From NCBI GenBank assembly GCA_964606745.1, contig CAZSHJ010000004.1, positions 1 through 61,227 on the forward strand: DNA of 61,227 bases, written 5' to 3'. This DNA is from an uncultured Thermoplasmatales archaeon (GTDB taxonomy: Archaea; Thermoplasmatota; E2; UBA202; DSCA01). The notes beneath the pieces are model-generated. The model worked only from the letters and a program-made list of their open reading frames with translations. It was not told where the DNA came from and did no database searches. The position numbers and the translations under genes are program-made. Positions 10,123-19,812 of the stretch are shown one piece after another (within the stretch, counting starts at the first letter, position 1; each line of letters opens with the position of its first letter).

Positions 10123-11058
10123 ATGAAAGTTGTCGTCGCCCTCGGCGGAAATGCATTGATAAAATCCGACCAGAAAGGCACAAGCGAGGAGCAATTCAAA
10201 ACAACCATGAAGTCTGTCAAGGACATCGTAAAAATGATAGAGAATGGTTGGGAGGTTGTCATAACACATGGAAACGGGCCGCAGGTGGGCTCGATTTTAC
10301 TTCAGCAGGATGTGGCAAAGAGCGCTGTCCCCCCGATGCCCCTTGATATCTGCGTCGCACAGTCTCAGGGACAGATAGGTTACATGATACAGCAGTGCAT
10401 GCTCAACTCCCTTGCTTCCAGCGGCATACAGAAGGGCGTGGCAGCGGTTATCACCCGGGTGCTTGTTGATGAAAATGACCCTGCGTTCGAGAATCCGACC
10501 AAGCCCGTCGGCCCGGTTTACAGATATGATGAGGCACTGCTGAGGCTGAAGGAAGGTTACATAATAAGTCAGCAGAAGGGGGGCTGGCGGATTGTCGTTC
10601 CGTCACCAAATCCCATATCCATAATAGAACGAGAGGCGATAAAAAAATTGATTGACAGCGGTATTATCGTAATTGCAGTGGGAGGCGGCGGCATCCCGGT
10701 CGTAAAGAAAGGCGACGGGGTTACGAAAATAGAGGGAAAGGAGGCCGTCATAGACAAGGATCTGGCATCCGAGCGTCTTGCAATGGAAATAAACGCAGAC
10801 ACCCTTCTCATTCTCACCGATGTTGATGCCGTCTACCTGAATTACGGCTCGGAAGACCAGAAAAAGTTAAAGGAAATCTCACTTCAGGAGATGGAGGAAT
10901 ATTATTATCAGGGCCAGTTTCCCCCGGGCTCAATGGGGCCGAAGATTCTGGCTGCAATAAGATTCCTTGAAAACGGAGGAAAAAAAGCGATAATATCCTC
11001 AATCGAACATGCATGGGATGCCCTGGAAGGGAAGGCGGGAACACAGATTGTGAAATAA
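10123..11058 (+). CDS. arcC: Carbamate kinase
   Basis: ALGGNAL, THGNGPQVG, NPTKPVG, EAVIDKD, GSMGPK. Confidence 0.95.
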   Translation: MKVVVALGGNALIKSDQKGTSEEQFKTTMKSVKDIVKMIENGWEVVITHGNGPQVGSILLQQDVAKSAVPPMPLDICVAQSQGQIGYMIQQCMLNSLASSGIQKGVAAVITRVLVDENDPAFENPTKPVGPVYRYDEALLRLKEGYIISQQKGGWRIVVPSPNPISIIEREAIKKLIDSGIIVIAVGGGGIPVVKKGDGVTKIEGKEAVIDKDLASERLAMEINADTLLILTDVDAVYLNYGSEDQKKLKEISLQEMEEYYYQGQFPPGSMGPKILAAIRFLENGGKKAIISSIEHAWDALEGKAGTQIVK

Positions 11059-11160
11059 GGGTTGAAAAAGCTCAAAAACAACTGATATATATTCATGTTG
11101 CAATGAAAGATTTGGAAAAGATTAAAAGTCCTTTAGACTTAATTAAAGGAGGTGATAAAT

Positions 11161-11595
11161 ATGTCAGCAGAAGAAAACAAAGCTATTGTTAGTCGCATAT
11201 TTGAGGAGATTCTCAATGAGAGAAATCTGGATGCAACAGACGAGCTTTTTGCCACCAACTATGTCTTTCATGGACCTGGAGGTCACAAATTGCATGGCCC
11301 AGAGGTTTTCAAACAACTCATTTCTCAGCCCCACGCTGCCTACCCGGACTTTCATGTCACGGCTGAAGACATGATCGCTGAAGGGGACAGAGTAGTGTGC
11401 CGTTTCACAAGCCATGGTACACACAAAGGTATGCTGGGAGGTATCGCTCCCACTAACAAGCAGATTGAAGTGACGGGAATTGCCATCTATCGTATTGTTG
11501 ATGGCAAAGTCGTAGAACACTAGGAGAATCTGGACATGCTGGGTACAATGCAGCAGCTCGGTGTGATACCACCGCCGGGAAAACCGAATAAGTGA
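11161..11595 (+). pseudogene. SnoaL-like ester cyclase gene with an in-frame amber codon
   Basis: GGAGGTGA RBS then ATG 11161; EENKAIV...YPDFHVT...GDRV...GTHKG; TAG at 11521-11523 replaces the conserved W of VEHW and the frame continues ENLDMLGTMQQLG to TGA 11593-11595. Confidence 0.8.
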
Positions 11596-11632
11596 TGCAT
11601 TTGGTTGAGCCTTACAAAAGAGATATACTATC

Positions 11633-11711
11633 TTCCAACACGGTGTATGCAGTTCGCCTTACGGGTTCACCAAACCACTACGCACCTTCCCACATCCGAA
11701 AAACGTTATCC
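11633..11711 (+). other. attC-like recombination site (putative)
   Basis: TTCCAAC ... GTTATCC outer boxes with imperfect inner arms CGGTGTATGCAG / CTTCCCACATCCG, just downstream of and co-oriented with the SnoaL gene. Confidence 0.35.
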
Positions 11712-11784
11712 GCAATCGTTAGCGAAAGCGAATTTGTTTTCACTACGTTGAACCAAAATTTACCTTCAACGCTTCCATGTATGT

Positions 11785-13077
11785 TCACAAAAATTTATGC
11801 AACTTTTCGACCTTGACCTCCTTCTGTTCCCCTGTTTCCATGTTCTTGATAGTTACCATCCCCCTTACCCATTCGTCAGGGCCCATGATAATCACTGATT
11901 TTGCCCCTATTCTGTTTGCATACTGGAGTGATTTCTGCGGGCTCCTCCCCATCAAATCCATATCGAGCAGTACTCCTCTGCCCCTCAGTTTTCTCGCAAG
12001 GGAGACGGCCTCTTTCCTCATTTTATCACCTATGGGATGAAGATAGACCGGTTTCTTTGATGGTGGAAAGTTGTAACCCTCCTTCTCAAGTGCGAGAACA
12101 ATCCGGTCAAACCCGAGGGCAAACCCGGCGGTGGGCGTATTGTCACCGCCGAGAAGGGGTAAAAGACTGTATTCCCCGCCTCCGCAAATTTGTTTCTCTG
12201 CCCCGAGGGAAGGTGCATCTATCTCAAATACAATGCCTTTATAATAATCGAGTCCTCGGGCGATTTCCATCGCGGTTTCAATAGTATTAACGCCAAATTC
12301 TTTCAATAAACTTATGACTTCTTCATAACGTTTTAGTTCTTGGTCCAACCCCGATTCTTCACTATATTTTTTTACATCTTGTATGTTACTACTTTGTAAA
12401 AAGTCCATAAATTCGGTTGTTTTTTCTTTTGTGACACCCGAAGCAATGAACTCGTTTTTAACGCCATCATAATCTTTTTTATCTATCAGTCTAAATATCT
12501 CATCTTTTTTATCTTTATTTTCCGATTTCGCAGAACCTGCTGGGGGGAACAGAGATAGAATCCCGTCTACCTGTCGGTTAAGCAGATCAAGATGACCAAT
12601 CCTGAGATTGATATCTTTTAGCCCCGTTTCTTTTAGGACATGATATGCCAAGGCGATGAGCTCTGCTATGGCCTCAGGTCTGTCGGTCCCTATCAATTCG
12701 CATCCCATCTGCCAGAATTCCCTGTAGCGGCCCTTCTGAGGACGGTCATATCTGAAACAATTCCCGAAGTAGTATATCTTCAGGGGCTTCGGACTCATCC
12801 GCAGTTTTTCCATGTAGAATCTCATGGCGGGTGCGGTCAATTCCGGACGCAGGGCAAGCTTTCTTTTCGATTTATCTTCAAATGCATAGGTCTCCTCGAT
12901 GATTTCCTTTCCCGATTTCATGGTAAAAAGATTCATATTCTCTATCGTGGGTGTTGCAATCTCCCTGTATCCATATCTCTCAAATACGGCACGCATCTCC
13001 CTATCGGTGGCCATCCTCTTCCTCATTTCATCAGGAGTGAAATCTCTTGTGCCTCTGGGTTTGCCTATTGCGACCAT
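11785..13077 (-). CDS. hisS: Histidine--tRNA ligase
   Basis: PRGTRDF, LRPELTAP, FRYDRPQKGRYREFWQ, ARGLDYY, GFALGFDR. Confidence 0.97.
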   Translation of the reverse strand: MVAIGKPRGTRDFTPDEMRKRMATDREMRAVFERYGYREIATPTIENMNLFTMKSGKEIIEETYAFEDKSKRKLALRPELTAPAMRFYMEKLRMSPKPLKIYYFGNCFRYDRPQKGRYREFWQMGCELIGTDRPEAIAELIALAYHVLKETGLKDINLRIGHLDLLNRQVDGILSLFPPAGSAKSENKDKKDEIFRLIDKKDYDGVKNEFIASGVTKEKTTEFMDFLQSSNIQDVKKYSEESGLDQELKRYEEVISLLKEFGVNTIETAMEIARGLDYYKGIVFEIDAPSLGAEKQICGGGEYSLLPLLGGDNTPTAGFALGFDRIVLALEKEGYNFPPSKKPVYLHPIGDKMRKEAVSLARKLRGRGVLLDMDLMGRSPQKSLQYANRIGAKSVIIMGPDEWVRGMVTIKNMETGEQKEVKVEKLHKFL

Positions 13078-13150
13078 GTCCCTTTAGCGGAAATACATTT
13101 ATTATTGTTACTATCCCAACTTTTTTATTTAAGTTCCAAATACACCCTCT

Positions 13151-13312
13151 ATGAACTTGAAGCAGTGGGCATATATTTTCATCGGGCTGATTCTCCCTTG
13201 GGTATTGATTATTGCTGGTGCGGTCGCCCACATATATAATGTATGGCTCTATGTCGGCTCGGTAACGTGGTTCCTGACAGCCGTTTCCATTATGCTGGCA
13301 CTTTGGGACTAG
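13151..13312 (+). CDS. Small 53-aa two-TM membrane protein (not in ORF track)
   Basis: MNLKQWAYIFIGLILPWVLIIAGAVAHIYNVWLYVGSVTWFLTAVSIMLALWD*; fills the hisS-sepF gap. Confidence 0.6.
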   Translation: MNLKQWAYIFIGLILPWVLIIAGAVAHIYNVWLYVGSVTWFLTAVSIMLALWD

Positions 13313-13380
13313 CCGGCAATTTGTTAATATCTCTCTAGAAAAGTTTTATAAAGAAAATCTGCTTAATATAGCCAGATAAA

Positions 13381-13740
13381 ATGGCAGTTATAGGAGGAAT
13401 ATTCGGTAAAAGTCACAGGAGGGATAGCGAGTACATAGATCTTGCTGAGGAAGTCGGCGGCAAGGAGGAAACAGAGCCGATGATGTATGTAAAAGTCGCA
13501 GAATTGCAGAACTACGAGGATTTGAAAGACTTCACAGATTATGTTTACAATGGAGATATCCTGATACTTGATACGGCTCAGATATCATCGGATGATCTGG
13601 AACTCGAGAGGATTACAAACGAACTCAAGAGAGTTATAAATGATATCGGGGGAGATATTGCCGGACTTGGCAGGAATTTGCTGATAGTCACACCCGCCGG
13701 TATAAAGGTGAACAGGAGAAAAATCAGGGGTTCCTTCTAA
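13381..13740 (+). CDS. sepF: Cell division protein SepF
   Basis: YVYNGDILILD, ITNELKRVINDIGGDIAG, LIVTP motifs. Confidence 0.85.
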   Translation: MAVIGGIFGKSHRRDSEYIDLAEEVGGKEETEPMMYVKVAELQNYEDLKDFTDYVYNGDILILDTAQISSDDLELERITNELKRVINDIGGDIAGLGRNLLIVTPAGIKVNRRKIRGSF

Positions 13741-14732
13741 CCCTTTATAAATCGTTCAATCTCCAAAGAATCCAGCCATTCTTCCCTGCATCCGCATCTC
13801 AGCCCCTTAAAGGCATCTTTCTTACGGTATATTGTAAATTGTTCTATTGCATTCATGAATGAGTTATCGCATTTTCCACAATTGTGTGCCCCCCTCCGCC
13901 TCCCGCCGGCGACCACATCGCATTTTATCTGTCCGTCAAACATATCTGAGGTTCTTTCGAGAATCTCGGCAACGCTCCACAGCCACGGCGGGCGGTAAAC
14001 ACCCCTTTTCCACAGGTATTCGACAAGCGTATTTGCGTGTATCGCCACGGGATTGAATGAAACGGTGTCTGATATGCCTGCAATTTTTTTGACCGAAAGC
14101 AGAGCGTCTTTTATCGATTCTTCCTCTGCCAGAAATGCGGGCTTTATAAGTATGTATGTTTTTAACTGCATATTCCGGTCGACCACAGCCTTCGCCGCAT
14201 CCATCCATTCCGAAAAGGTAAATCCTTTATTTATGGAATACTTCCGCACCCTGTCATTTGCCGATTCAAGTCCTATTGCCACCTCCAGTGTTTTATTTCC
14301 GGGAATGCCTCCGAGTAAATCCAGATTTTTTATGAATTCAGGCCTCGATTCTATCAGTATTCTATCTGCTTTCTCGAAGAATTTCTTCAGTATTTTTATT
14401 TGCAGGTTGAGGGGCACTTCCTTACCATCAAGGAAACTACCTGAGGTGAATATCTTTATTATCCTTTCCCCGTTATACTTTTGAACGGCAATTTCAAGCT
14501 GTTCCTCCATCTCTTTCTCTGTTATATCCTGAATGCTGTCATTGAAGTATCCGCACATTGTGCATCCGGAATGCCGTGCCCAGAAGCATCCCCTTGTTTT
14601 CAGTATGAACACAAATGCCCTCACTACTTCATTGCCAAGAGTATCATTCTCCGACCATATCCGCGGCTCGATATCCCTTTTGGAACGCTTCTTTTTTTTC
14701 AGTTCCCTGCAGAATTTCTGCAGTTCGTCCAT
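13737..14732 (-). CDS. Archaeosine biosynthesis radical SAM protein RaSEA (TIGR01210-like)
   Basis: LKTRGCFWARHSGCTMCGY, FTSGSFLD, IESRPEF, GAHNCGKC. Confidence 0.85.
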   Translation of the reverse strand: MDELQKFCRELKKKKRSKRDIEPRIWSENDTLGNEVVRAFVFILKTRGCFWARHSGCTMCGYFNDSIQDITEKEMEEQLEIAVQKYNGERIIKIFTSGSFLDGKEVPLNLQIKILKKFFEKADRILIESRPEFIKNLDLLGGIPGNKTLEVAIGLESANDRVRKYSINKGFTFSEWMDAAKAVVDRNMQLKTYILIKPAFLAEEESIKDALLSVKKIAGISDTVSFNPVAIHANTLVEYLWKRGVYRPPWLWSVAEILERTSDMFDGQIKCDVVAGGRRRGAHNCGKCDNSFMNAIEQFTIYRKKDAFKGLRCGCREEWLDSLEIERFIKG

Positions 14733-14766
14733 GAGATGTTATAGCCCATGCTTTATTATCTTTTTG

Positions 14767-15972
14767 TTAGAGGATGGATTTAACAACTGAAAGGGTCATG
14801 CAATGCCACCCACAAAGTATTTGTTCGATCCATTGAATTATTTTTTCTAATAAAAATCCTGGACCGTATTGATATATTTTTGGCATGCTTACTTCTAGTG
14901 TTCCCCAATCACTTTCAGCATTATGAACATCTTTGGCTTTGGCTTTGATCGTATATGTTCCTTTTTCAGCCCATGCATGCTTTACATCTATGCCCTCGCC
15001 AGAATTAAACGGTCCAAGCCAATTACTGCTGGTGCCGTCTCCCCAGTCGATGAAGTAATATACATCATTACCGTCAGGATCTGATGTCACAAATGTGTAC
15101 TCATATTCCGTGCCCACTTTTCCGGATGGTGGGCCTGTTATGGTGGGTGAACCCGGGGAATTATCGATGTTCAATAGGTATTTTATTGTCTCCCGAATTG
15201 TGATATTCGTCGCTTCAATCGCATCTTTGAGCGGAATATTTGATTTTACATGTATAAATCCTGCTGCCCGGCACGGATACGGATTATCTGTAACATTATA
15301 GAGAGTTTGATACCACATTCCGAGATACGCCATATATTCGCACAGATACCTTCCTGGATTACCATCCCAGTCAACCCATGCCCTTATAGACGTTTCATCG
15401 TTTACGGCATCCTCAATCTCTTGAGCAGGAAGCGTGGAATGACGCACATAATTCACCGGCACGCTATCATCCGGCGGGCATGGCGTTGGTTGGTACGGCG
15501 GTTTTTCATCATCAATCCAGTTATCGAGGTTGCGTGCATTGTATTCAATTTCCCACGGTCCCCTTCCTGCACCGAAACTTATGATCGCAACTGGATGAAT
15601 TTGGGCGGTAATATTCCAGAAATCCTCCCACGTGTCCTGGTAATCAACCTCGAATGTGCCGTTATATGTTCCAAGTGTCGGGAAGAAAGAATAGATGTTG
15701 TACCCCATCCCTCCCCAGTTCTCGCCTTTCCAGCCATCCGGATTCAGGTAGGTGCTATTGCTGAACTGCGCAATCATCTGGCCGGTTGGGTTCCAGTAGC
15801 CGGTCAACATTATATTGCGAAGACTGCTGGATGATGATTGTACATTAAAATTACTGGAATCTGGTCCGGCACCGCTTACAATTGGCATAACACCTGTTCC
15901 GATAAATAAAATTATCAGCCCTGCAGCTAAACCTTTTCCCCATATAACCTTTCCCATATTTTTCACCTTCAT
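14767..15972 (-). CDS. Secreted pyroglutamyl-peptidase-I-like (C15) protein with C-terminal PKD domain
   Basis: Signal peptide; IMLTGYW, IEYNARN, GRYLCEY, GFIHV; SDPDGNDVYYFIDWGDG PKD repeat. Confidence 0.75.
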   Translation of the reverse strand: MKVKNMGKVIWGKGLAAGLIILFIGTGVMPIVSGAGPDSSNFNVQSSSSSLRNIMLTGYWNPTGQMIAQFSNSTYLNPDGWKGENWGGMGYNIYSFFPTLGTYNGTFEVDYQDTWEDFWNITAQIHPVAIISFGAGRGPWEIEYNARNLDNWIDDEKPPYQPTPCPPDDSVPVNYVRHSTLPAQEIEDAVNDETSIRAWVDWDGNPGRYLCEYMAYLGMWYQTLYNVTDNPYPCRAAGFIHVKSNIPLKDAIEATNITIRETIKYLLNIDNSPGSPTITGPPSGKVGTEYEYTFVTSDPDGNDVYYFIDWGDGTSSNWLGPFNSGEGIDVKHAWAEKGTYTIKAKAKDVHNAESDWGTLEVSMPKIYQYGPGFLLEKIIQWIEQILCGWHCMTLSVVKSIL

Positions 15973-16283
15973 TATTATATTGGCTGGCAGGTTATAAAAC
16001 TACTTATGGCACGATATTCCTACAAAATTGTAACGTGGTAGTTTTTACTGCTGAATCGTAAGTTTTTCTGATAGATAAAAATTCATGGTTACCTTACCAG
16101 AAAAAATGAGGCGTTACAAAATTTCAGGAATACCCTCTTATCCCAAGATGGATTCACCAATCTGCAAGGAAAGTTTTCTCACAAATAGAGTGAAAATATT
16201 TATCTCTTAATTGTATCTCTTATTTATTCAACACAGCATCTTAACCGCAAATATTTATATAGATACAATAAATAACTTTGTTC

Positions 16284-16787
16284 ATGGGAAAAGAAAAAGC
16301 AAGAGGGGCTGCTGTTATCACCTTCATCTCTCTGATATACTTCATGTGGCTGATGGTGGTTGTTTTGAAGGAAAAGGGTTATATTCTCTCTGGCACGAAT
16401 CTTTTTCTCTCGCTGGTAGAATGGGCAATAGTGGGCACCATTATTTATGCCGTTTTTCTTATAATAGAAATTTTTTATTATTTATCAATCCCCAGGGAGA
16501 AGAAAATGGCCGAAGGGATAAAACTTTTTTCTGCCGTGACAAAAAGGGTTGTATGCAGCAGCTGCAATATCGTTTTCACCATAACAGATACCGGCGTGAG
16601 GCCGCTCCGCTATACATGCCCCAACTGCGGCGGGGAGGGTGTCCTCAGGGGTAAGACCGCCGAGGGCGAAAGGAAGGAGATAAAGTGCGAAAAATGTGAG
16701 AATTCATTTGAAATATATGACACGGGAGAGCGACCTTTGAAATATGAATGCCCCAGTTGCCATTTTGAAGGAACCGTCCCTTCATAG
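16284..16787 (+). CDS. Membrane protein with duplicated zinc-ribbon module
   Basis: Two N-terminal TMs, then two copies of CxxC-x(16)-CPxC sharing DTGxRP. Confidence 0.7.
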   Translation: MGKEKARGAAVITFISLIYFMWLMVVVLKEKGYILSGTNLFLSLVEWAIVGTIIYAVFLIIEIFYYLSIPREKKMAEGIKLFSAVTKRVVCSSCNIVFTITDTGVRPLRYTCPNCGGEGVLRGKTAEGERKEIKCEKCENSFEIYDTGERPLKYECPSCHFEGTVPS

Positions 16788-16793
16788 ATAACC

Positions 16794-17051
16794 ATGTTCA
16801 AAGCGAGAGTGGAAATACGTCTTAAAAAAGGAATTTCCGATCCAGAGGGGAGAAATATTTTGAAGGCACTCCATCTTCTAGGTTTCGAGGGCGTAAGGAA
16901 TGTGAAAATGGTAAAGACGGTAGAATTGTTTATCGAAGCCAGTAGTAAGGAAAATGCAAGGGAGAGTACGAGAATGATGTGCCAGCGCCTCCTGGCAAAC
17001 CCGGTAATCCATGATTACGAAATAACAGTTGAAGGGGTAACAGATGATTGA
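16794..17051 (+). CDS. purS: Phosphoribosylformylglycinamidine synthase subunit PurS
   Basis: LKKGISDPEG, LLANPVI. Confidence 0.95.
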   Translation: MFKARVEIRLKKGISDPEGRNILKALHLLGFEGVRNVKMVKTVELFIEASSKENARESTRMMCQRLLANPVIHDYEITVEGVTDD

Positions 17052-19368
17052 GAGGTTCCTCATAGAGGGCGGGGAGGTACATATTGTAGACTTATTCAGT
17101 GCCGGTGATGGCGAACTAATAGAGATAAGCAGGGAAATGGGGCTTGCACTCAGTCTCGACGAAATGAAACTCGTAAAGGAGTATTTTAAAAAAAGGCAGC
17201 GAAATCCTACGGATCTTGAACTGCAGGCACTCGGTCAGGCATGGAGCGAGCATTGCTGTTACAAATCCTCCAAAGTTGTATTGAAGGAAAACGTGTACGG
17301 CATAGAGGAAAGCAAGATTGTGACGAGGGAGGACGCAGGCGTTATCGAATTTGACGACGAACATTACTATGTTGCGGCACTTGAATCTCATAATCATCCG
17401 TCTGCCATAGAACCGTATGGTGGGGCGGCCACGGGCATAGGCGGCATAGTAAGAGATGTGCTGTGCATGGGAGCTCAGCCAATAGCATTGATTGACCCCA
17501 TCTTTTTCGGCACGTTAGATTATGATTACGGGAAACTGCCAAAGGGCGTGAAACATCCCCGTTACCTGTTCAAACGGGTCGTAGAAGGAATAAGGGATTA
17601 CGGAAACAGAATAGGCATCCCTACGGTTGCCGGCCAGGTATACTTTCATGACGGATATGTGGGTAATTGTCTGGTAAATGTCGGCTGCATCGGCATAGTA
17701 AAGAAGAAAAACCTCATTCACAGCAGGGTAAAAAACCCGGGTGACATATACATCTATGCAGGCGGGAGGACAGGGAGGGACGGTATCCACGGTGTAACAT
17801 TCGCCTCAGAGGAACTCAGGGAGGAATCAGAGAAGGAGTCGATTTCCGCCGTTCAGCTCGGCGACCCGATTACAAAGGAGCCCCTAATCCATGCGTGCCT
17901 TGAATGCACCGAAGAGGGCATAGTCGAGGGAATGAAAGATATGGGCGGCGGCGGGCTGTCCTGCGTCTGCGGCGAGCTTGCATATGATGCGGGATATGGT
18001 GCGGAGATATATCTCGACAGAATTCCTTTGAAAGAGGGGGATATGACTCCCTGGGAGATATGGGTGTCGGAATCACAGGAAAGAATGATGCTTGCCGTCA
18101 AGGAGGAGAATGCCGACAGGGCACTGCAAATATTCGGGAATTGGGACGTGGAAGCCGTTGTCGTGGGCAGGGTGATAAAGGAGCCGTTTGTACGCATAAT
18201 TTACAATGAGAGGGTGGTAGGGGAACTGGATTTGAGATTTCAGGTTGCAGGACCGTTATATGAAAGGCCGTGGAAGAAACCGGTGAGCAGGGAAGGAAGT
18301 GACCCCGATTTTGATATGCCGGACATAGAAGACATGGTGCTCAAAATTCTTTCGTCCGTCAATGCCTCGTCCAGGGAATGGGTGGTCAGACAGTATGACT
18401 TCGAGGTGAGGGGCAGCACATCAATGAAGCCCCTTCAGGGAGAAATAGGGAGGGAGACTCATGGCGATGCTGCTGTTATAAAGCCGCTGCCCGATTCTTA
18501 CAAGGGACTCGCAATAACTTCGGATATAAATCCGTATTTCACGTCGATAGATCCGTATCTGGGTGCACGATCTGCCGTTGATGAGATGTGCAGGAATCTG
18601 GCAGCAGTTGGTGCTCGCCCTGATTCAATAGGGGACTGCCTGAATTTCGGCAATCCAGAAAAACCGGAAAGAATGGGGAATTTACACATTGCCACAAGGG
18701 GACTTGCAGAGATGGCTCGAGCACTTCACCTTCCGTTCATCTCGGGCAACGTAAGCCTTTACAACGAGGGTTCTGAAGGGACGATTCCTCCGACGCCTAC
18801 CGTCATGGGCATAGGAATTGTTGATGACATACGGAAATGTGTTACCTCGAATTTTAAAAAGGAAGGAAACGGCATATATCTCATAGGAGGAACAAAGAAG
18901 GAGATGGGAGGAAGCGAATATTACCAAGCGATGGGATTATCCGGGGGAAAGGTGCCAGGAAGCGATGTGGAGATGTTGAAAAAGAGCGTGGCCTCGGTAA
19001 TAAAAGCCATCAATTCCAGGCTTGTCTCGGCATGCCATGATATATCCACAGGTGGATTGGCATCGTGCCTGGCGGAGATGGCTATGGGCGGCAAAGGGGC
19101 GGAAATATGCCTATATTCAATGGAAGATATAAGACCGGACTTCAAACTCTTTTCAGAATCAAATACCCGATGGGTAATGGAAGTTAATAAGGGCGACGAT
19201 GAAGAATTCAAGGCGCTTTTCGAAGGAGTAAAAGTGACAAGAATCGGGGAAGTCAAAGGCAACAGATTGACCGTATATGACGGGGAAGAGATGGAGAAAC
19301 ATATTGACCTGCCGATAGCCACATTATATGATAAATGGAGCAGCAAACTGCAGAATACAATGGGATGA
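17044..19368 (+). CDS. purL: Phosphoribosylformylglycinamidine synthase subunit PurL
   Basis: WSEHCCYKSS, ESHNHPS, DMGGGG, SESQERM, ISGNVSLYN. Confidence 0.97.
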   Translation: MIERFLIEGGEVHIVDLFSAGDGELIEISREMGLALSLDEMKLVKEYFKKRQRNPTDLELQALGQAWSEHCCYKSSKVVLKENVYGIEESKIVTREDAGVIEFDDEHYYVAALESHNHPSAIEPYGGAATGIGGIVRDVLCMGAQPIALIDPIFFGTLDYDYGKLPKGVKHPRYLFKRVVEGIRDYGNRIGIPTVAGQVYFHDGYVGNCLVNVGCIGIVKKKNLIHSRVKNPGDIYIYAGGRTGRDGIHGVTFASEELREESEKESISAVQLGDPITKEPLIHACLECTEEGIVEGMKDMGGGGLSCVCGELAYDAGYGAEIYLDRIPLKEGDMTPWEIWVSESQERMMLAVKEENADRALQIFGNWDVEAVVVGRVIKEPFVRIIYNERVVGELDLRFQVAGPLYERPWKKPVSREGSDPDFDMPDIEDMVLKILSSVNASSREWVVRQYDFEVRGSTSMKPLQGEIGRETHGDAAVIKPLPDSYKGLAITSDINPYFTSIDPYLGARSAVDEMCRNLAAVGARPDSIGDCLNFGNPEKPERMGNLHIATRGLAEMARALHLPFISGNVSLYNEGSEGTIPPTPTVMGIGIVDDIRKCVTSNFKKEGNGIYLIGGTKKEMGGSEYYQAMGLSGGKVPGSDVEMLKKSVASVIKAINSRLVSACHDISTGGLASCLAEMAMGGKGAEICLYSMEDIRPDFKLFSESNTRWVMEVNKGDDEEFKALFEGVKVTRIGEVKGNRLTVYDGEEMEKHIDLPIATLYDKWSSKLQNTMG

Positions 19369-19520
19369 TATATCAGCCTATTTTGCATCATCTCATTTTA
19401 GACTTGGAACGAAGAAAGGAAATACTGTAGTTCATCTACTGTTTTTACAATACTCAATCTAAGTATACTAAATCCCTTCCTTCCGTCGGGCAAAAAATCC
19501 TTTAGCTAAAAGATACTTTC

Positions 19521-19712
19521 TCACTCTATTACTTCAACATTCACCGCTTTCGGACCTTTTTGTTCTTCCTTTATCTCGAATTTTACTTTCTGCCCTTCCT
19601 TCAGAGGTGTGTCCGACTTCACATCTGACTGATGGACAAAAATATCCTTTTCCATTCCTTCCGCTCCGATAAAGCCATAAGATAGCATCCATCTTTTAAC
19701 TATTCCTTCCAT
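19521..19712 (-). CDS. Cold-shock domain protein
   Basis: GIVKRW, YGFI, DIFVHQS, GPKAVNV. Confidence 0.9.
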   Translation of the reverse strand: MEGIVKRWMLSYGFIGAEGMEKDIFVHQSDVKSDTPLKEGQKVKFEIKEEQKGPKAVNVEVIE

Positions 19713-19812
19713 TTATACTCACCTGTTTCTCCTAAGATAACGTTACCCTAATATATTTAGTTTGTGTTTTTTCACCTGAAATATACTTATATAACAAATT
19801 CTTTACACACCC

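Noticed and set aside
16028-16119. TTGTAACG/CGTTACAA inverted pair resembling motifs in repeat Y
   Set aside because: Only 8 bp with no further similarity; may be a transcription-factor site but cannot be supported.
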